Below are positions 1-10,483 of a stretch of 64,000 nucleotides of DNA, one piece after another. Each line of letters opens with the position of its first letter. Position 1 is the stretch's first letter. Below the pieces are notes generated by a model. It ran no database searches and was not told the origin of the DNA. It was given only the letters and a program-made list of their open reading frames with translations. A program made the translations under genes and the position numbers. The stretch is from Minisyncoccia bacterium (lineage in GTDB: Bacteria; Patescibacteriota; Minisyncoccia; Phycocordibacterales; UBA9973), in NCBI GenBank assembly GCA_049303835.1, contig JBAQNN010000003.1, positions 11,933 through 75,932 of the forward strand, read 5' to 3'.

Positions 1-1118
1 CCAAAACTCTAGATTCTTTAAGAAAAGAGGGAGCGACTGTTTATTTTCAAAAAGATTTCGGAGAACTGCCTGAGGCGGATTTATATGTTTACAGCGACGC
101 TTGGCTTTATAGAGGTCCAGAAATAATAAAAAATGCCAAAGATACGGGCAAAATGGTTATGAATTATTTTGAAGCTTTGGGTGAATTTGCTAAAGAGTAC
201 AAAGTCATAGCCATCGCCGGTACTCATGGAAAAACGACCACGACAGCCATGTTGGCGGAAATTTTAATAGAAGCGGGGCTAGATCCGACTGTCATAGTGG
301 GTTCTTTCGTAAAAAAGTTTGATAGTAATTTTCGCAAAGGAAACAGTGAATACTTGGTGGTAGAGGCGGATGAATACAATAAACACTTTCTAAATTTTCA
401 CCCATTTATTGCCGTTGTCACAAACATAGAAGCGGATCACTTGGATTGTTTTAAAGATTTGGCAGAGATAGAGAATGCTTTTGATAAATTTCTCTCCCAA
501 AGTCAAAATAAAATTTTAGCATACACTCAATATTTAGAAAAAGTGCCGAAACTTTCCGTTCCCGGAGTACACAATAGGATGAATGCGGCGGCGGCTCTCG
601 CGGTGGCAGATGTTTTAAATATCAATCAAGAAACAGCGCAAAAATCTCTCTCAGAGTTTACCGGTACTTGGCGCAGGTTGGAGAAAAAGGGGGAGACAAA
701 AAAGGGAACAATTATTTATGATGATTATGCTCACCACCCTACAGAGATCAGGGCTAGCTTAGAAGGCTTGAGAGAACTTTACCCCAAGGGACAAAAAAAT
801 ATTACGGTTTTATTTCAGCCACATCTCTATAGCCGTACGAAAGCTTTATTTGATGATTTTGTGAAAAGTTTCAAGGGAGCGGATCAAATTTTGCTTTTAC
901 CCATTTATTTTGCCAGAGAAGCCAAGGATGATAGTGTTTCCAGTGAAAAGTTGGCAGAGGCCATAAAGGGAACAGGAGAGGAAGCTCGAGCTTTTGCTAG
1001 TTTTGAAGAGGCAGAGGCCTTTGTTTTGAACTCAAAATGGGGGCCAAAAGATGTTTTTGTCACGATGGGAGCAGGGGAGGCTTACAAAGTTGCCGATAAG
1101 GTATTTGAGGTAGTCTAA
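1..1118 (+). CDS. murC: UDP-N-acetylmuramate--L-alanine ligase (Mur ligase), 5-prime partial; reading frame is open to the window edge
   Basis: Mur ligase P-loop AGTHGKTTTTAMLAEIL; MurC-like DDYAHHPTEI motif near C-term; no stop upstream of 153 in frame so the gene starts outside the window. Confidence 0.7.
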   Translation, partial: KTLDSLRKEGATVYFQKDFGELPEADLYVYSDAWLYRGPEIIKNAKDTGKMVMNYFEALGEFAKEYKVIAIAGTHGKTTTTAMLAEILIEAGLDPTVIVGSFVKKFDSNFRKGNSEYLVVEADEYNKHFLNFHPFIAVVTNIEADHLDCFKDLAEIENAFDKFLSQSQNKILAYTQYLEKVPKLSVPGVHNRMNAAAALAVADVLNINQETAQKSLSEFTGTWRRLEKKGETKKGTIIYDDYAHHPTEIRASLEGLRELYPKGQKNITVLFQPHLYSRTKALFDDFVKSFKGADQILLLPIYFAREAKDDSVSSEKLAEAIKGTGEEARAFASFEEAEAFVLNSKWGPKDVFVTMGAGEAYKVADKVFEVV

Positions 1119-1242
1119 TCCGTTGTCCACAGGCACTTTACTAGCCTATTTTAGCCTTATTTGTCAATAGTAGTATGTCAAAAGAGCTTTATTTTATAAG
1201 GTTTTTTTAAGTTGACATATGGTAAAAATGTTGTCTAACTAT

Positions 1243-1271
1243 TGACTTTTGAAACAGAATATGCTATCATA
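1243..1271 (+). promoter_or_regulatory. sigma70-like promoter candidate TTGACT-N17-TATCAT upstream of the secreted-protein gene
   Basis: hexamers with 17-nt spacing read directly in sequence; about 110 nt upstream of ATG at 1386. Confidence 0.3.
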
Positions 1272-1385
1272 TAAGCATATCCTTGTAATATAGGTGAAAG
1301 CCTATTAAATAAGGATATTTTAGTTTTAGTCACAAAGTGGCTGATCCGGCAGTACCGAAGTTGGCGGAGCACATACCGCCCAAAT

Positions 1386-2018
1386 ATGAAAAACAACAAT
1401 CTAATACGTTTCGTGCAGTCTTTAGTGCTTTTGCCTATAATAACCGCTTCGTTTCCGTTTGCAGGCATAAATAGCGCTAATCTGTCACAAGATTTATTGG
1501 TCAAAAAAGTTAATATTGAGGCTCAAGGTTTGGTGGCTCTTAACAAAGCTGCTGATCTGGAAGCCGACTCAGATCCCAAAGTGTTAAAGGCTAGAGCAGA
1601 AGCCATAGATACTTATTTCGCAAAACGCGATATGCCACTTGTAGGTATGGGGATGAAAATGGTTGAGGAAGCTATTAAAAACGATCTTGACTGGCGCTTA
1701 ATACCTGCTATCGCCGTACGCGAATCCACTGGTGGTAAGTTTGAGTGTAAAAAGGTTCCAAACAATCCATTCGGTTGGGGTTCCTGTAAGATTGGTTTCA
1801 AATCAAACGAACAAGCTATTGAGACTGTCGCCCGTAACTTGGGTGGTAACAATCCAAATACGGCATATCACTACAGCGACAAAGAGACGAAAGAAATTCT
1901 ACAGGCGTACAATCCTCCTTCTATTGTTCCGAGATATGCCGAACAAGTCATGGCCATAATGGATGTGATAGGAGACAAAAATTTGACCACTACTTTAGCT
2001 GTCGCAACCGTAATCTAA
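1386..2018 (+). CDS. secreted hypothetical protein (signal peptide; possible lysozyme-like/cell-wall-active fold, unverified)
   Basis: N-terminal hydrophobic signal LIRFVQSLVLLPIITASFPFAG; conserved-looking AIAVRESTGG...NPFGWG segment; long structured 5-prime leader. Confidence 0.5.
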   Translation: MKNNNLIRFVQSLVLLPIITASFPFAGINSANLSQDLLVKKVNIEAQGLVALNKAADLEADSDPKVLKARAEAIDTYFAKRDMPLVGMGMKMVEEAIKNDLDWRLIPAIAVRESTGGKFECKKVPNNPFGWGSCKIGFKSNEQAIETVARNLGGNNPNTAYHYSDKETKEILQAYNPPSIVPRYAEQVMAIMDVIGDKNLTTTLAVATVI

Positions 2019-2046
2019 AAAATCCCGCTTCTGGCGGGATTTTTTA
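2016..2046. terminator. bidirectional rho-independent terminator between convergent genes
   Basis: A-run, hairpin atcccgc-ttctg-gcgggat, T-run. Confidence 0.7.
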
Positions 2047-2055
2047 ATGGTTGTT

Positions 2056-3141
2056 TTATTCCAAATAAATCAAAGTCATCTTCTGGTCCTTTGGTTCAAA
2101 GAGGGTAATTTGGAAATTGTAGTTTTTTCCGAGTTCTAATTTTGCGCGAAGGGCTGCTTCGGACGGGAAAGTAGAATTGTGTACCAGTCCAGCTACTCCT
2201 TCTTTGATGGATACCAAGGCGCCGTGTTTGTTGTATTTAATGACTACGCCCTTGATGATATCTCCTTTCTTTAATTTGCCTTCAAATTCTTTCCAAGGAT
2301 TTTCCTTCAGAGCCTTAAGGGAAAGGGAAATCTTGCCGTCTTTTATTTCTATCACTTTGGCTTTTACCTTATCTCCAACCTTAAACATTGACCTAGGGTC
2401 TTCTACGAGCCCCCAATCAAGTTCGGAGATGTGAACCAGTCCTTCCAACCCATCTTCCAATTTCAAGAAGATGCCGAAATCAACGATACCAGCGACGACG
2501 CAGTCCAGGTTGTCTCCGATGGTGTATTTACTTAGGATCTCTTTTTTCTCTTCGGGGTTGTTGTCTTTCTCGGAGAAGATAAGTTTGCCTTCTTTTGGAA
2601 GAGTAGAAATAATCATGACAGAGATTTTTTCTCCGACGAGTTTTTTCAATTCTTTTAAGATTTTATCTTTATCAGAATCAAGTACACGAGGGTAGTGGTC
2701 TGCCTTGAGTTGGGAAGCAGGCAAGAATCCGGCAATACCTTGCCATTCCAAGATTAAGCCTCCTTTGTTTGCGTCTTTTACTTCCAAATTTAGAATAGTT
2801 TTCGCTTTTATTGCTTTCTCCGCCTCGCTCCATGCTAGGGCTTGTTTGGCTTCTTTGAGAGAAAGTTCTATATAGCCGTCTTCATTTTCTGCGTCAACAA
2901 TCTTCGCCTTGATGATGTCACCGAGGCTTATTTTATTGATAACATCTTTTGCATTGATAAATTCGCGTCCGTAAATGATACCGGTACCGAAAGGTGCCAA
3001 GTCCACATAGACCGAAGATTTTTCTATCAAAATTACCGGACCTTCTACGAGAGCATCCACTTCCGGTTTATTTACACTGCGCTCAGTGATGCCGCTTAAG
3101 ACTAAATTTTCTTCTACAACTTCTTCTTCCTTTTTTAACAT
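2056..3141 (-). CDS. rpsA: 30S ribosomal protein S1 (compact, multi S1-domain)
   Basis: repeated S1 RNA-binding domain signatures (GDIIKAKIVD..., GDKVKAKVIEI...), 361 aa. Confidence 0.75.
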   Translation of the reverse strand: MLKKEEEVVEENLVLSGITERSVNKPEVDALVEGPVILIEKSSVYVDLAPFGTGIIYGREFINAKDVINKISLGDIIKAKIVDAENEDGYIELSLKEAKQALAWSEAEKAIKAKTILNLEVKDANKGGLILEWQGIAGFLPASQLKADHYPRVLDSDKDKILKELKKLVGEKISVMIISTLPKEGKLIFSEKDNNPEEKKEILSKYTIGDNLDCVVAGIVDFGIFLKLEDGLEGLVHISELDWGLVEDPRSMFKVGDKVKAKVIEIKDGKISLSLKALKENPWKEFEGKLKKGDIIKGVVIKYNKHGALVSIKEGVAGLVHNSTFPSEAALRAKLELGKNYNFQITLFEPKDQKMTLIYLE

Positions 3142-3355
3142 AATAATTTTTGACTTAAAATTAAAACATCCGCCTTAAAGCGGATATAAGGCTTAGGTTC
3201 TAAGAGCGTACTCATGCCCAAAGGGTTACCCCAAATCCATGCTTTTAATATAAAATTAAGTTGTATAGACATAGTACTATAAATATATAAAATTGCAAGT
3301 ATAAAAATCTATTTTTTGCTTTGTTTTTCTTTAACTTTTTGCTATAATATAGGTA

Positions 3356-3982
3356 ATGATAATCACATATTTCGGCAAACAATTTTTCAAAATACAACAA
3401 GGGGACCTGGCCTTAGCCTTTAATCCAGTCAGTAAAAGTTCAAAAACTGGTATTACTGCCCATTTCGGTACTGATATTGCTCTACAGACGACCAACCACC
3501 CTGATTACAACGGCATTGAACAACTTTCTCATGGAGAAAGAGAACCGTTCGTTATTAATGGCCCGGGAGATTACGAGATAAAAGAAATTTTTATCAAAGG
3601 AGTATTGTCGGAATCATTGATCGCTGGCAAAAAATATATCAATACTATTTATTTATTTACTTTAGATGGCATCAATATTGCATTCTTGGGGGCGTTGTCG
3701 GACTCGGAACTTTCTAAAGAATCACGCGAAGCTCTAAATAGTCCGGACATTCTTTTTATTCCGGTTGGCGGGAATGGTATGTTAGACGCCAAGGCCTCAG
3801 CAAAGTTAGCTTCGTCTCTTGAGCCCAGATTGATTATTCCGATGGATTATGACGCTGGCACTCTCAAATCATTTTTGAAAGAAATCGGAGAAGAAAAAGC
3901 AGAAGTGGTGGACAAGCTTACTCTCAAGAGAAAGGATTTGGACAACAAAGAAGGGGAAGTGGTCGTATTGCAAGCAATATAA
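3356..3982 (+). CDS. MBL-fold (metallo-beta-lactamase-like) protein lacking the canonical HxHxDH motif
   Basis: N-terminus MIITYFGKQFFKI resembles the UPF0173/MBL hydrolase start; no HxHxDH seen; extended -10 TGcTATAAT just upstream. Confidence 0.45.
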   Translation: MIITYFGKQFFKIQQGDLALAFNPVSKSSKTGITAHFGTDIALQTTNHPDYNGIEQLSHGEREPFVINGPGDYEIKEIFIKGVLSESLIAGKKYINTIYLFTLDGINIAFLGALSDSELSKESREALNSPDILFIPVGGNGMLDAKASAKLASSLEPRLIIPMDYDAGTLKSFLKEIGEEKAEVVDKLTLKRKDLDNKEGEVVVLQAI

Positions 3983-4002
3983 TAAAGTAATAAAGTTAGA
4001 CC

Positions 4003-4236
4003 ATGAGAAAAATAATTCATCACATTAGAAGACAGCCTGACCATGTCAAGAAACACATACTGCATATTTTCACTGCTGTTTCTGCTGTTGTTTTAGTTTT
4101 GTTGTGGGTATATTCATTGGGAACAAATTTTACCGATACGAGCACGGAAGCCAAAGTAGATGAAGACCTAAAGCCCTTTTCGGCATTAAAAGCAAATCTG
4201 ATAGACGGATATTACAGTCTGGGAGAAACACAATAA
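4003..4236 (+). CDS. small hypothetical membrane protein
   Basis: 77-aa ORF with one hydrophobic helix directly upstream of gyrA; weak support. Confidence 0.3.
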   Translation: MRKIIHHIRRQPDHVKKHILHIFTAVSAVVLVLLWVYSLGTNFTDTSTEAKVDEDLKPFSALKANLIDGYYSLGETQ

Positions 4237-4251
4237 TTTGAGGCGTACAAT

Positions 4252-6714
4252 ATGGCAAAAAAATCAACAGAACCAACAAATGAAGAAGCGCACATAGACA
4301 CCATTCTACCGGTTGATGTCGTGGCGGAAATGAAGGAATCTTATCTGGCATATGCAATGTCAGTCATTACTTCGCGCGCCTTGCCTGACGTGAGGGACGG
4401 GTTAAAGCCTGTTCACAGAAGGATTCTTTTTGCCATGAATGAGATGGGACTCACTTCTTCTGCACGTTTCAGAAAATCGGCTGCAGTAGTCGGAGATGTG
4501 CTCGGAAAATACCACCCACACGGGGACTCGGCTGTCTATGATTCCATGGTTGGTATGGCACAAGAATTTTCCTATCGTTACCCGCTTGTTCTCGGACAAG
4601 GGAACTTCGGTTCTATTGATGGAGACAATGCGGCGGCCATGCGTTATACCGAGGCCAAGATGTCCAAGATTTCTTCGGAGTTGTTGCGCGACTTGGAAAA
4701 AGAGACGGTTGATTTTCGTCCGAACTACGATCAGACCCGAAAAGAGCCAATAGTTTTTCCTTCTTCTGTCCCAGCGTTACTTTTGAACGGTACATTAGGG
4801 ATAGCGGTCGGTATGGCTACTAACATTCCTTCGCACAATTTAGGGGAAGTATTGGATGCAACCAATTATTTAATTGAAAATGACGAAGCGACGACGGAAG
4901 ACTTGATGCAATTTGTGAAAGGTCCTGATTTTCCAACTGGCGGTATCGCTTATGGCTACAAAGATATGCTCCACGCCTATGGTTCAGGACGTGGCGGAGT
5001 GGTCTGCCGGGGAGAGGCGGAAATAGTGGAACAAAAGGATGGTAATTTTTCAATCATTATCACCTCCATTCCTTTTAGAGTAAATAAATCAAATTTGATA
5101 GTCAGCATCGCGGAGTTAGTCCAAGAGAAAAAACTTGATGGTATAAAAGCTCTCCGAGATGAATCTACCAAAGATATCAGAATTGTCATTGACTTGAAAT
5201 CAAGCGCTCATCCGGAAAAAGTTTTGAACTATATTTATAAAAATACTCAGCTTGAATCAAATTTTAATTTTAATATGGTGGCGCTAGTGGATGGTGTACC
5301 GAAAACACTTTCCCTCAAATCAATTCTTTCCTTGTTTATTGACCACCGAAAAGACGTGGTAAAGCGTAGGTCGGCTTATGATTTAAGAAAAGCTGAAGAG
5401 CGAGAGCATATCTTGCTTGGTTTAAAAAAAGCGCTTGATAAGATAGATCGGGTGATTACCGTCATTCGCGGATCCAAAGATTCTCAAATCGCAAAAGTAA
5501 ATTTGATAAAAGAATTTAAATTCTCCGATTTACAGGCCGCGGCTATTTTAGAGATGAGATTGGCAAAATTGGCTGGACTGGAACGTAAGGCTGTAGAAGA
5601 TGAGCTTGCCGAAAAACAGAAATTTATTGCAGAGATGAAAGATTTGCTTGCGAGTCCGAAGAAAATTTTGAAAACAATTGCAGGGGAGCTAAAGGATATT
5701 CGCGACAAATATGCGGATGAAAGAAGAACTAAGATAATAAAAGGTGGGGTAAAAGAAATTGCCGAAGAAGATCTGGTGCCAGAGAAAGAAACTATGTTGG
5801 TCTTGACTGCCGGTGGATATGTAAAATGTACGGATCCGGCCGAATATCATGCACAGAAGCGTGGCGGAGTCGGGGTCATAGATCTGGAAACCAAAGAAGA
5901 AGATTTCGTGACGATGCTGGTCTCTGGTTCTACTCATAGCAACCTGCTCTTCTTTACCAACCTCGGAAAAGTCTATCAAATGAAAATGTATGATATACCG
6001 GAAGGCCGCAGGGCGACCCGGGGTAAGTCTATTATGAATTTTTTGGCTTTGTCGGGAGAAGAAAAAGTGACTTCTATTCTCGCTATGCCGAAGGACTTAA
6101 GTAAAATTTCTTCTTCACTAATGTTGGTCACAAAACGAGGTACCGCCAAGAAGATGTCTTCCGAGAGTTTTAAAGATGTAAGAAGAAGTGGCATTATCGC
6201 CATTCGTTTGGACAAAGATGACCAACTCATCTCTGCATTAGAAGTAGAAAAGGGGAATGAAATTATGATCGCGACAGCGGAGGGACAGTCAATCAGGTTT
6301 AAAGAGTCCGACGTACGAGAAATGGGCAGGACCGCTGGCGGAGTGAGTGGAATTAGACTAGGCAAGAACGATGAAGTTATCGGAGTGGATGTCATCAAGA
6401 AATCTTCCGAGAAGGCTGCCTTCTTGACTATGAGTGCAAATGGTTTTGGTAAAAAGACCGATCTAAAAGAATATAAAGTTCAAAAACGTGGAGGCTCCGG
6501 AGTAAAAACAGCGAAAGTCACTTCTAAAACAGGTAAACTCATCGTGGCCAAAGTATTGGGAGGGGATGAGCAAGAATTGATTGCTATGTCTAAAAAAGGG
6601 CAAGTCATCCGCACGGCGCTCAAAGATATCTCTTCTTTGGGTCGTCAGACTCAGGGTGTGACCGTCATGCGTCTGCGTTCCGGTGATGGCATAGCCTCAC
6701 TCGCCTGTATCTAG
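4252..6714 (+). CDS. gyrA: DNA gyrase subunit A
   Basis: N-terminal catalytic region with [10 protein letters not shown] active-site Tyr context; GyrA-box-like QKRGGVG; C-terminal beta-pinwheel repeats. Confidence 0.9.
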   Translation: MAKKSTEPTNEEAHIDTILPVDVVAEMKESYLAYAMSVITSRALPDVRDGLKPVHRRILFAMNEMGLTSSARFRKSAAVVGDVLGKYHPHGDSAVYDSMVGMAQEFSYRYPLVLGQGNFGSIDGDNAAAMRYTEAKMSKISSELLRDLEKETVDFRPNYDQTRKEPIVFPSSVPALLLNGTLGIAVGMATNIPSHNLGEVLDATNYLIENDEATTEDLMQFVKGPDFPTGGIAYGYKDMLHAYGSGRGGVVCRGEAEIVEQKDGNFSIIITSIPFRVNKSNLIVSIAELVQEKKLDGIKALRDESTKDIRIVIDLKSSAHPEKVLNYIYKNTQLESNFNFNMVALVDGVPKTLSLKSILSLFIDHRKDVVKRRSAYDLRKAEEREHILLGLKKALDKIDRVITVIRGSKDSQIAKVNLIKEFKFSDLQAAAILEMRLAKLAGLERKAVEDELAEKQKFIAEMKDLLASPKKILKTIAGELKDIRDKYADERRTKIIKGGVKEIAEEDLVPEKETMLVLTAGGYVKCTDPAEYHAQKRGGVGVIDLETKEEDFVTMLVSGSTHSNLLFFTNLGKVYQMKMYDIPEGRRATRGKSIMNFLALSGEEKVTSILAMPKDLSKISSSLMLVTKRGTAKKMSSESFKDVRRSGIIAIRLDKDDQLISALEVEKGNEIMIATAEGQSIRFKESDVREMGRTAGGVSGIRLGKNDEVIGVDVIKKSSEKAAFLTMSANGFGKKTDLKEYKVQKRGGSGVKTAKVTSKTGKLIVAKVLGGDEQELIAMSKKGQVIRTALKDISSLGRQTQGVTVMRLRSGDGIASLACI

Positions 6715-6735
6715 TGTATAATATATAATATAACT

Positions 6736-7251
6736 ATGTTTACCGACCCATTAAAAAATTTGAAAACTCTCGGGCTAAGAGAGGATAATGTAGTAGCGGA
6801 TTTGGGCGCGGGTACTGGACACTATTCTGTAATGTTGGGAAGCTTTGTGCCAAAGGGCAAGGTGTACGCGGTTGAAGTACAAAAAGATTATCTAGAAACA
6901 ATCAAGAATAAAGTCCGAGAAGCACACCTGGGAAATGTGGAGATTATCTGGGGTAATGTAGAGAAAATTGGTGGCACCAAAATAGCAGATGCTATCCTAG
7001 ATGTGGTTGTCGCTTCAAACATATTGTTTCAAGTTGAAAATAAAGAGAATTTTCTTTTGGAGATAAAAAGAATATTAAAACCACAAGGCAGAGTATTCCT
7101 GATAGATTGGTCTGATCCGTCCGTCATCGGACTTCATAATATGATTTCAAAAGGTAAGGCAAAGGAAATGTTTGAGCAAAATGGTTTTGCCATAGAACAA
7201 GAAATTGACGCCGGGAGTCATCATTATGGTATGATATTAAGAAAGATTTAA
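6736..7251 (+). CDS. class I SAM-dependent methyltransferase
   Basis: motif I VADLGAGTGHYS and overall Rossmann MTase layout. Confidence 0.7.
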   Translation: MFTDPLKNLKTLGLREDNVVADLGAGTGHYSVMLGSFVPKGKVYAVEVQKDYLETIKNKVREAHLGNVEIIWGNVEKIGGTKIADAILDVVVASNILFQVENKENFLLEIKRILKPQGRVFLIDWSDPSVIGLHNMISKGKAKEMFEQNGFAIEQEIDAGSHHYGMILRKI

Positions 7252-7252
7252 T

Positions 7253-8548
7253 ATGAAGGTAAATTTTCAACTCATTATTTTAATCGTATTCATCGTCGCT
7301 GCTATTTTGGGTGTCCTGGTTTTTTCCGGAGCGATACCGCTCGGAGGAGACAATAATACTACCGGAGGTTTGGGAACTGTGGTTTTATGGGGAACGGTGC
7401 CCACCACAGCTCTCTCTACAGCCATAGAAGAATTCAACGAAGCCAATCCGAGTTTTGTCGTGCAATACGTACAAAAATCTGCCGAAACATTTGACCAAGA
7501 TTTATTGGAAGCATTGGCAGCAGGTCAAGGGCCAGATATGTTTTTCCTTCCGGACAATTTAGTTTTTCACTACGCCAATAAAATTTTTACTATCCCATAT
7601 GCGAGTTATCCGCTCGCTACCTTTAAGAATGTTTTTGCCGGGGCTGGGGAAGTTTTTTTGAGCAGCAAAGGAGTCATGGCTTTCCCAATGTCTATTGATC
7701 CGCTCATAATGTATTACAACAGAAGTATCTTGGATGCGAATGGCATCGTTTATCCGCCAACGACCTGGGATGAACTCTCCGGTATGGTGCCTAGTCTAAC
7801 CAAAAAAGATGAAGCAAATAAAATAATAAAAAGTACGGTGGCCCTAGGACATTATTCAAACGTAGTTCATTCCAAAGACATTTTATCAGCGCTTTTTATT
7901 CAAGCAGGGAACCCTATTATCACCGAGAAGGAAGGGGTGTATAGTTCGGTCTTGGGTTCACCGATAGGGAACTATAATCTCCCATCTATTTTAAAATTCT
8001 ACACGGATTTTGCAGACCCAAACAATCCTGTGTATTCCTGGAACAAATCTTTTGCTGATTCGGATGCTGTTTTTTCTAAAGAAGATTTGGCCTTTTATTT
8101 TGGTTATGCGTCCGAGCTCCAATCTTTGATAAATAGAAACCCAAATCAGAATTTCTTTGTGGCAGGTATGCCTCAGATTAAAAATGCGACTTTTAAATCT
8201 ACCGGTGCCAGAGTCACAGGTATAGCCATCTCTTCTTTCTCCAAAAATTTTAACACTGCGTTCACTGCCGCCAGCTTGATGGCGACATCTGATTTTGCTT
8301 ACAAGTTTGCCGTGGCGACGGGAGTAGCTCCGGCGCGTAGAGACTTGCTTGCTTTAAAACCTACTGATGCGTATTCTCCGACCTTTTACAGCTCTGCATT
8401 GTATGCTCGGGGTTGGCTTGATCCATCTTCTAGAGATACAGACAACATCTGGGGTGGGATGATCAATGGAGTGCTTTCAGGCAATATGTCTGCTTCGGAT
8501 GCGGTCAAAGATGCAAGCTCAAAGTTACAGCTTTTATTATTCAAATAA
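7253..8548 (+). CDS. membrane-anchored extracellular solute-binding protein (SBP family 1-like), orphan
   Basis: N-terminal TM helix; GQGPDMFF...YYNRSILDANGIVYPPTTWDEL resembles sugar ABC substrate-binding proteins; no permease or ATPase adjacent. Confidence 0.45.
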   Translation: MKVNFQLIILIVFIVAAILGVLVFSGAIPLGGDNNTTGGLGTVVLWGTVPTTALSTAIEEFNEANPSFVVQYVQKSAETFDQDLLEALAAGQGPDMFFLPDNLVFHYANKIFTIPYASYPLATFKNVFAGAGEVFLSSKGVMAFPMSIDPLIMYYNRSILDANGIVYPPTTWDELSGMVPSLTKKDEANKIIKSTVALGHYSNVVHSKDILSALFIQAGNPIITEKEGVYSSVLGSPIGNYNLPSILKFYTDFADPNNPVYSWNKSFADSDAVFSKEDLAFYFGYASELQSLINRNPNQNFFVAGMPQIKNATFKSTGARVTGIAISSFSKNFNTAFTAASLMATSDFAYKFAVATGVAPARRDLLALKPTDAYSPTFYSSALYARGWLDPSSRDTDNIWGGMINGVLSGNMSASDAVKDASSKLQLLLFK

Positions 8549-8552
8549 TTTT

Positions 8553-8930
8553 ATGAGAAAAACAACAAAATTTTTTATAAACATTGCAGTACTTTTAATT
8601 TTAATTATCCCAGCTATCTCTTTGGCCCAAGAAGACTCTAGATTGGTGACGTGCACGGAAGATTGTGACTGGACTGATTTGATGAATCTCGTAAATACTA
8701 TAATTAATTTTATTCTTTATAAAATGGCTATACCTATAGCAGCTATTATGTTTGCTTATGCCGGATTCAAGATGGTCACTGCTGGTGGGGAAGCTGCTCA
8801 TGCGCGAACAGAAGCAAAAGAGATTTTCACCAATACTGTGATAGGGCTGGTTTTGGCTGCCGCTGCTTGGCTTATTATTAAAACAATATTATCAATTTTG
8901 GGATATCAAGGCGCTTGGATTGGTTTTTAA
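8553..8930 (+). CDS. VirB2/TrbC-like pilin-family mini-protein (paralog 1); ATG start chosen inside the track ORF
   Basis: signal peptide ending SLA-QED, then two hydrophobic helices separated by a short charged loop (AGGEAAHARTEAKE). Confidence 0.5.
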   Translation: MRKTTKFFINIAVLLILIIPAISLAQEDSRLVTCTEDCDWTDLMNLVNTIINFILYKMAIPIAAIMFAYAGFKMVTAGGEAAHARTEAKEIFTNTVIGLVLAAAAWLIIKTILSILGYQGAWIGF

Positions 8931-8951
8931 TATAAAGTATAATTAAAATAT

Positions 8952-9332
8952 ATGAATTTTATTAAGAAAAGTTGGTGGAAATTAATTTTGGCGTTTTATG
9001 TTTTAGTTGTTCCAATTGCTAGTCTTGTTGCAGATGTTGATGGAACACCGTCTGATCAGTCTGGTAAAATTATCAATCCTCTAGAAAACAGTGGAATAAA
9101 TTCAATTCCAGCTCTCATAGAGAAAGTTTTGGAAGGGGTGTTGAAAATCGGCATACCGATAGTAGCCCTAGCTATCATTTATTCCGGCTTTCTTTTTGTT
9201 TTCGCCAGGGGGAATTCTGAAAAATTAGGCAAGGCAAAAGATTCACTTCTCTATACGATTATCGGCGCGGCGATACTTCTCGGGTCGTGGGCTATTGCCA
9301 AGATGATATCAAGTACGGTGCTCGCATTATAA
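8952..9332 (+). CDS. VirB2/TrbC-like pilin-family mini-protein (paralog 2)
   Basis: signal peptide plus two TM helices flanking ARGNSEKLGKAKDS loop. Confidence 0.5.
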   Translation: MNFIKKSWWKLILAFYVLVVPIASLVADVDGTPSDQSGKIINPLENSGINSIPALIEKVLEGVLKIGIPIVALAIIYSGFLFVFARGNSEKLGKAKDSLLYTIIGAAILLGSWAIAKMISSTVLAL

Positions 9333-9347
9333 ATTTAAAAATTAATT

Positions 9348-9941
9348 ATGGAAAAAATAGGGGATTTATTAACTGGGATTCAACAACTTTTAAATACGAT
9401 TATTCCAATTTTGATTTTGGTTGGGGTGGTTTATTTCGTATGGGGCGTGGTGAAATTTATGATTGCCGATGGGGAAGAAGCCAAAACCAAAGGGAAAGAT
9501 CAGATTATCTATGGACTTATAGGTTTTACTGTCATCATCGGTTTGTGGGGGTTGGTAAACATCGTCGTCAATTCTCTCGGTTTTGGTGCTGGTCAATTAA
9601 ATGCGCCGACGGTGACCAACCTTGGGGTTCAGGCCACTGGGTCAGCTTGTCGGATGGGTGAAAATTTTCAGGGTGTTTTGGGTTATTTCACTTGTATAAT
9701 TAATGATTCGGTTATACCTTTTATGTTCGCTATCGCCATAGCGATGTTTATCTGGGGAGCAGTAAAGTTTTTCATCATCAATGCCGACGAGGAAGCGAAG
9801 AGAGAGCAGGGTAAACAGTTTATGATCTGGGGTATTATTGCCTTGGCTGTCATGATGTCTGTATGGGGACTCGTAGGAATACTGACGAGCACTTTCGGAG
9901 AAAGTGGTAGTGTCCTTCCGCAGGTGACACCCCCAAAGTAG
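9348..9941 (+). CDS. VirB2/TrbC-like protein with internally duplicated (two-module) architecture
   Basis: two tandem copies of the module VYFVWGVVKFMIADGEEAKTKGKDQIIYGLIGFTVIIGLWGLVN / MFIWGAVKFFIINADEEAKREQGKQFMIWGIIALAVMMSVWGLVG. Confidence 0.5.
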   Translation: MEKIGDLLTGIQQLLNTIIPILILVGVVYFVWGVVKFMIADGEEAKTKGKDQIIYGLIGFTVIIGLWGLVNIVVNSLGFGAGQLNAPTVTNLGVQATGSACRMGENFQGVLGYFTCIINDSVIPFMFAIAIAMFIWGAVKFFIINADEEAKREQGKQFMIWGIIALAVMMSVWGLVGILTSTFGESGSVLPQVTPPK

Positions 9942-10055
9942 TATTTGCTTCCGTTTTTAGGAGAGGGTATAATTAAACAATATTATTAGTATATTATAAG
10001 GTCGCTTTTTCCGCCAAAGGCGGATAAAATTATTAGAGGGTTAGTAGTATAAATT

Positions 10056-10472
10056 ATGAAAAATAAATTAATGGTTTTGTCTGGTTTGGGTTTGAGTTTG
10101 CTTGCTCCGGTAGCCACATTCGCGCAAGGAGTTTCCACTAGTGGTGCTTCTTCCACCAGTTGTGATTTCGGTGCAAATGGAACACTTTTTGGAATTTTGT
10201 GTAGAGTGGGACAATTCTTAAACTCTGTTGTTCCTGTTTTGATAGCGCTTGCAGTCGTTTACTTTGTGTGGGGAGTCGTTTCTTTTGTTATTGCTAGCGA
10301 TGAAGAAGCAAAGACAACCGGTAGAAATCGCATTATCTTTGGTATCATCGGTTTGGCTGTCATCATCGGTATGTGGGGACTGGTAAACCTTTTGAGAAAT
10401 ACATTCGGTCTTAACAACACCACCAACATCACCCTTCCTACTGTGCCTGTAGTTATTCCTGGACAGAACTAG
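10056..10472 (+). CDS. VirB2/TrbC-like pilin-family mini-protein (paralog 4)
   Basis: signal peptide ...ATFAQG; module VYFVWGVVSFVIASDEEAKTTGRNRIIFGIIGLAVIIGMWGLVN. Confidence 0.5.
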   Translation: MKNKLMVLSGLGLSLLAPVATFAQGVSTSGASSTSCDFGANGTLFGILCRVGQFLNSVVPVLIALAVVYFVWGVVSFVIASDEEAKTTGRNRIIFGIIGLAVIIGMWGLVNLLRNTFGLNNTTNITLPTVPVVIPGQN

Positions 10473-10483
10473 AAATTGTTTAT

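Noticed and set aside
8466-8552. Track ORF start 8466 for the first pilin gene, overlapping the solute-binding protein gene
   Set aside because: An in-frame ATG at 8553 directly after the upstream stop gives a protein that starts with a typical signal peptide. The upstream extension overlaps another CDS in a different frame.
9287-9661. 124-aa plus-strand ORF overlapping two pilin genes
   Set aside because: It lies in a different frame from, and fully overlaps, the better-supported pilin ORFs. No motifs.
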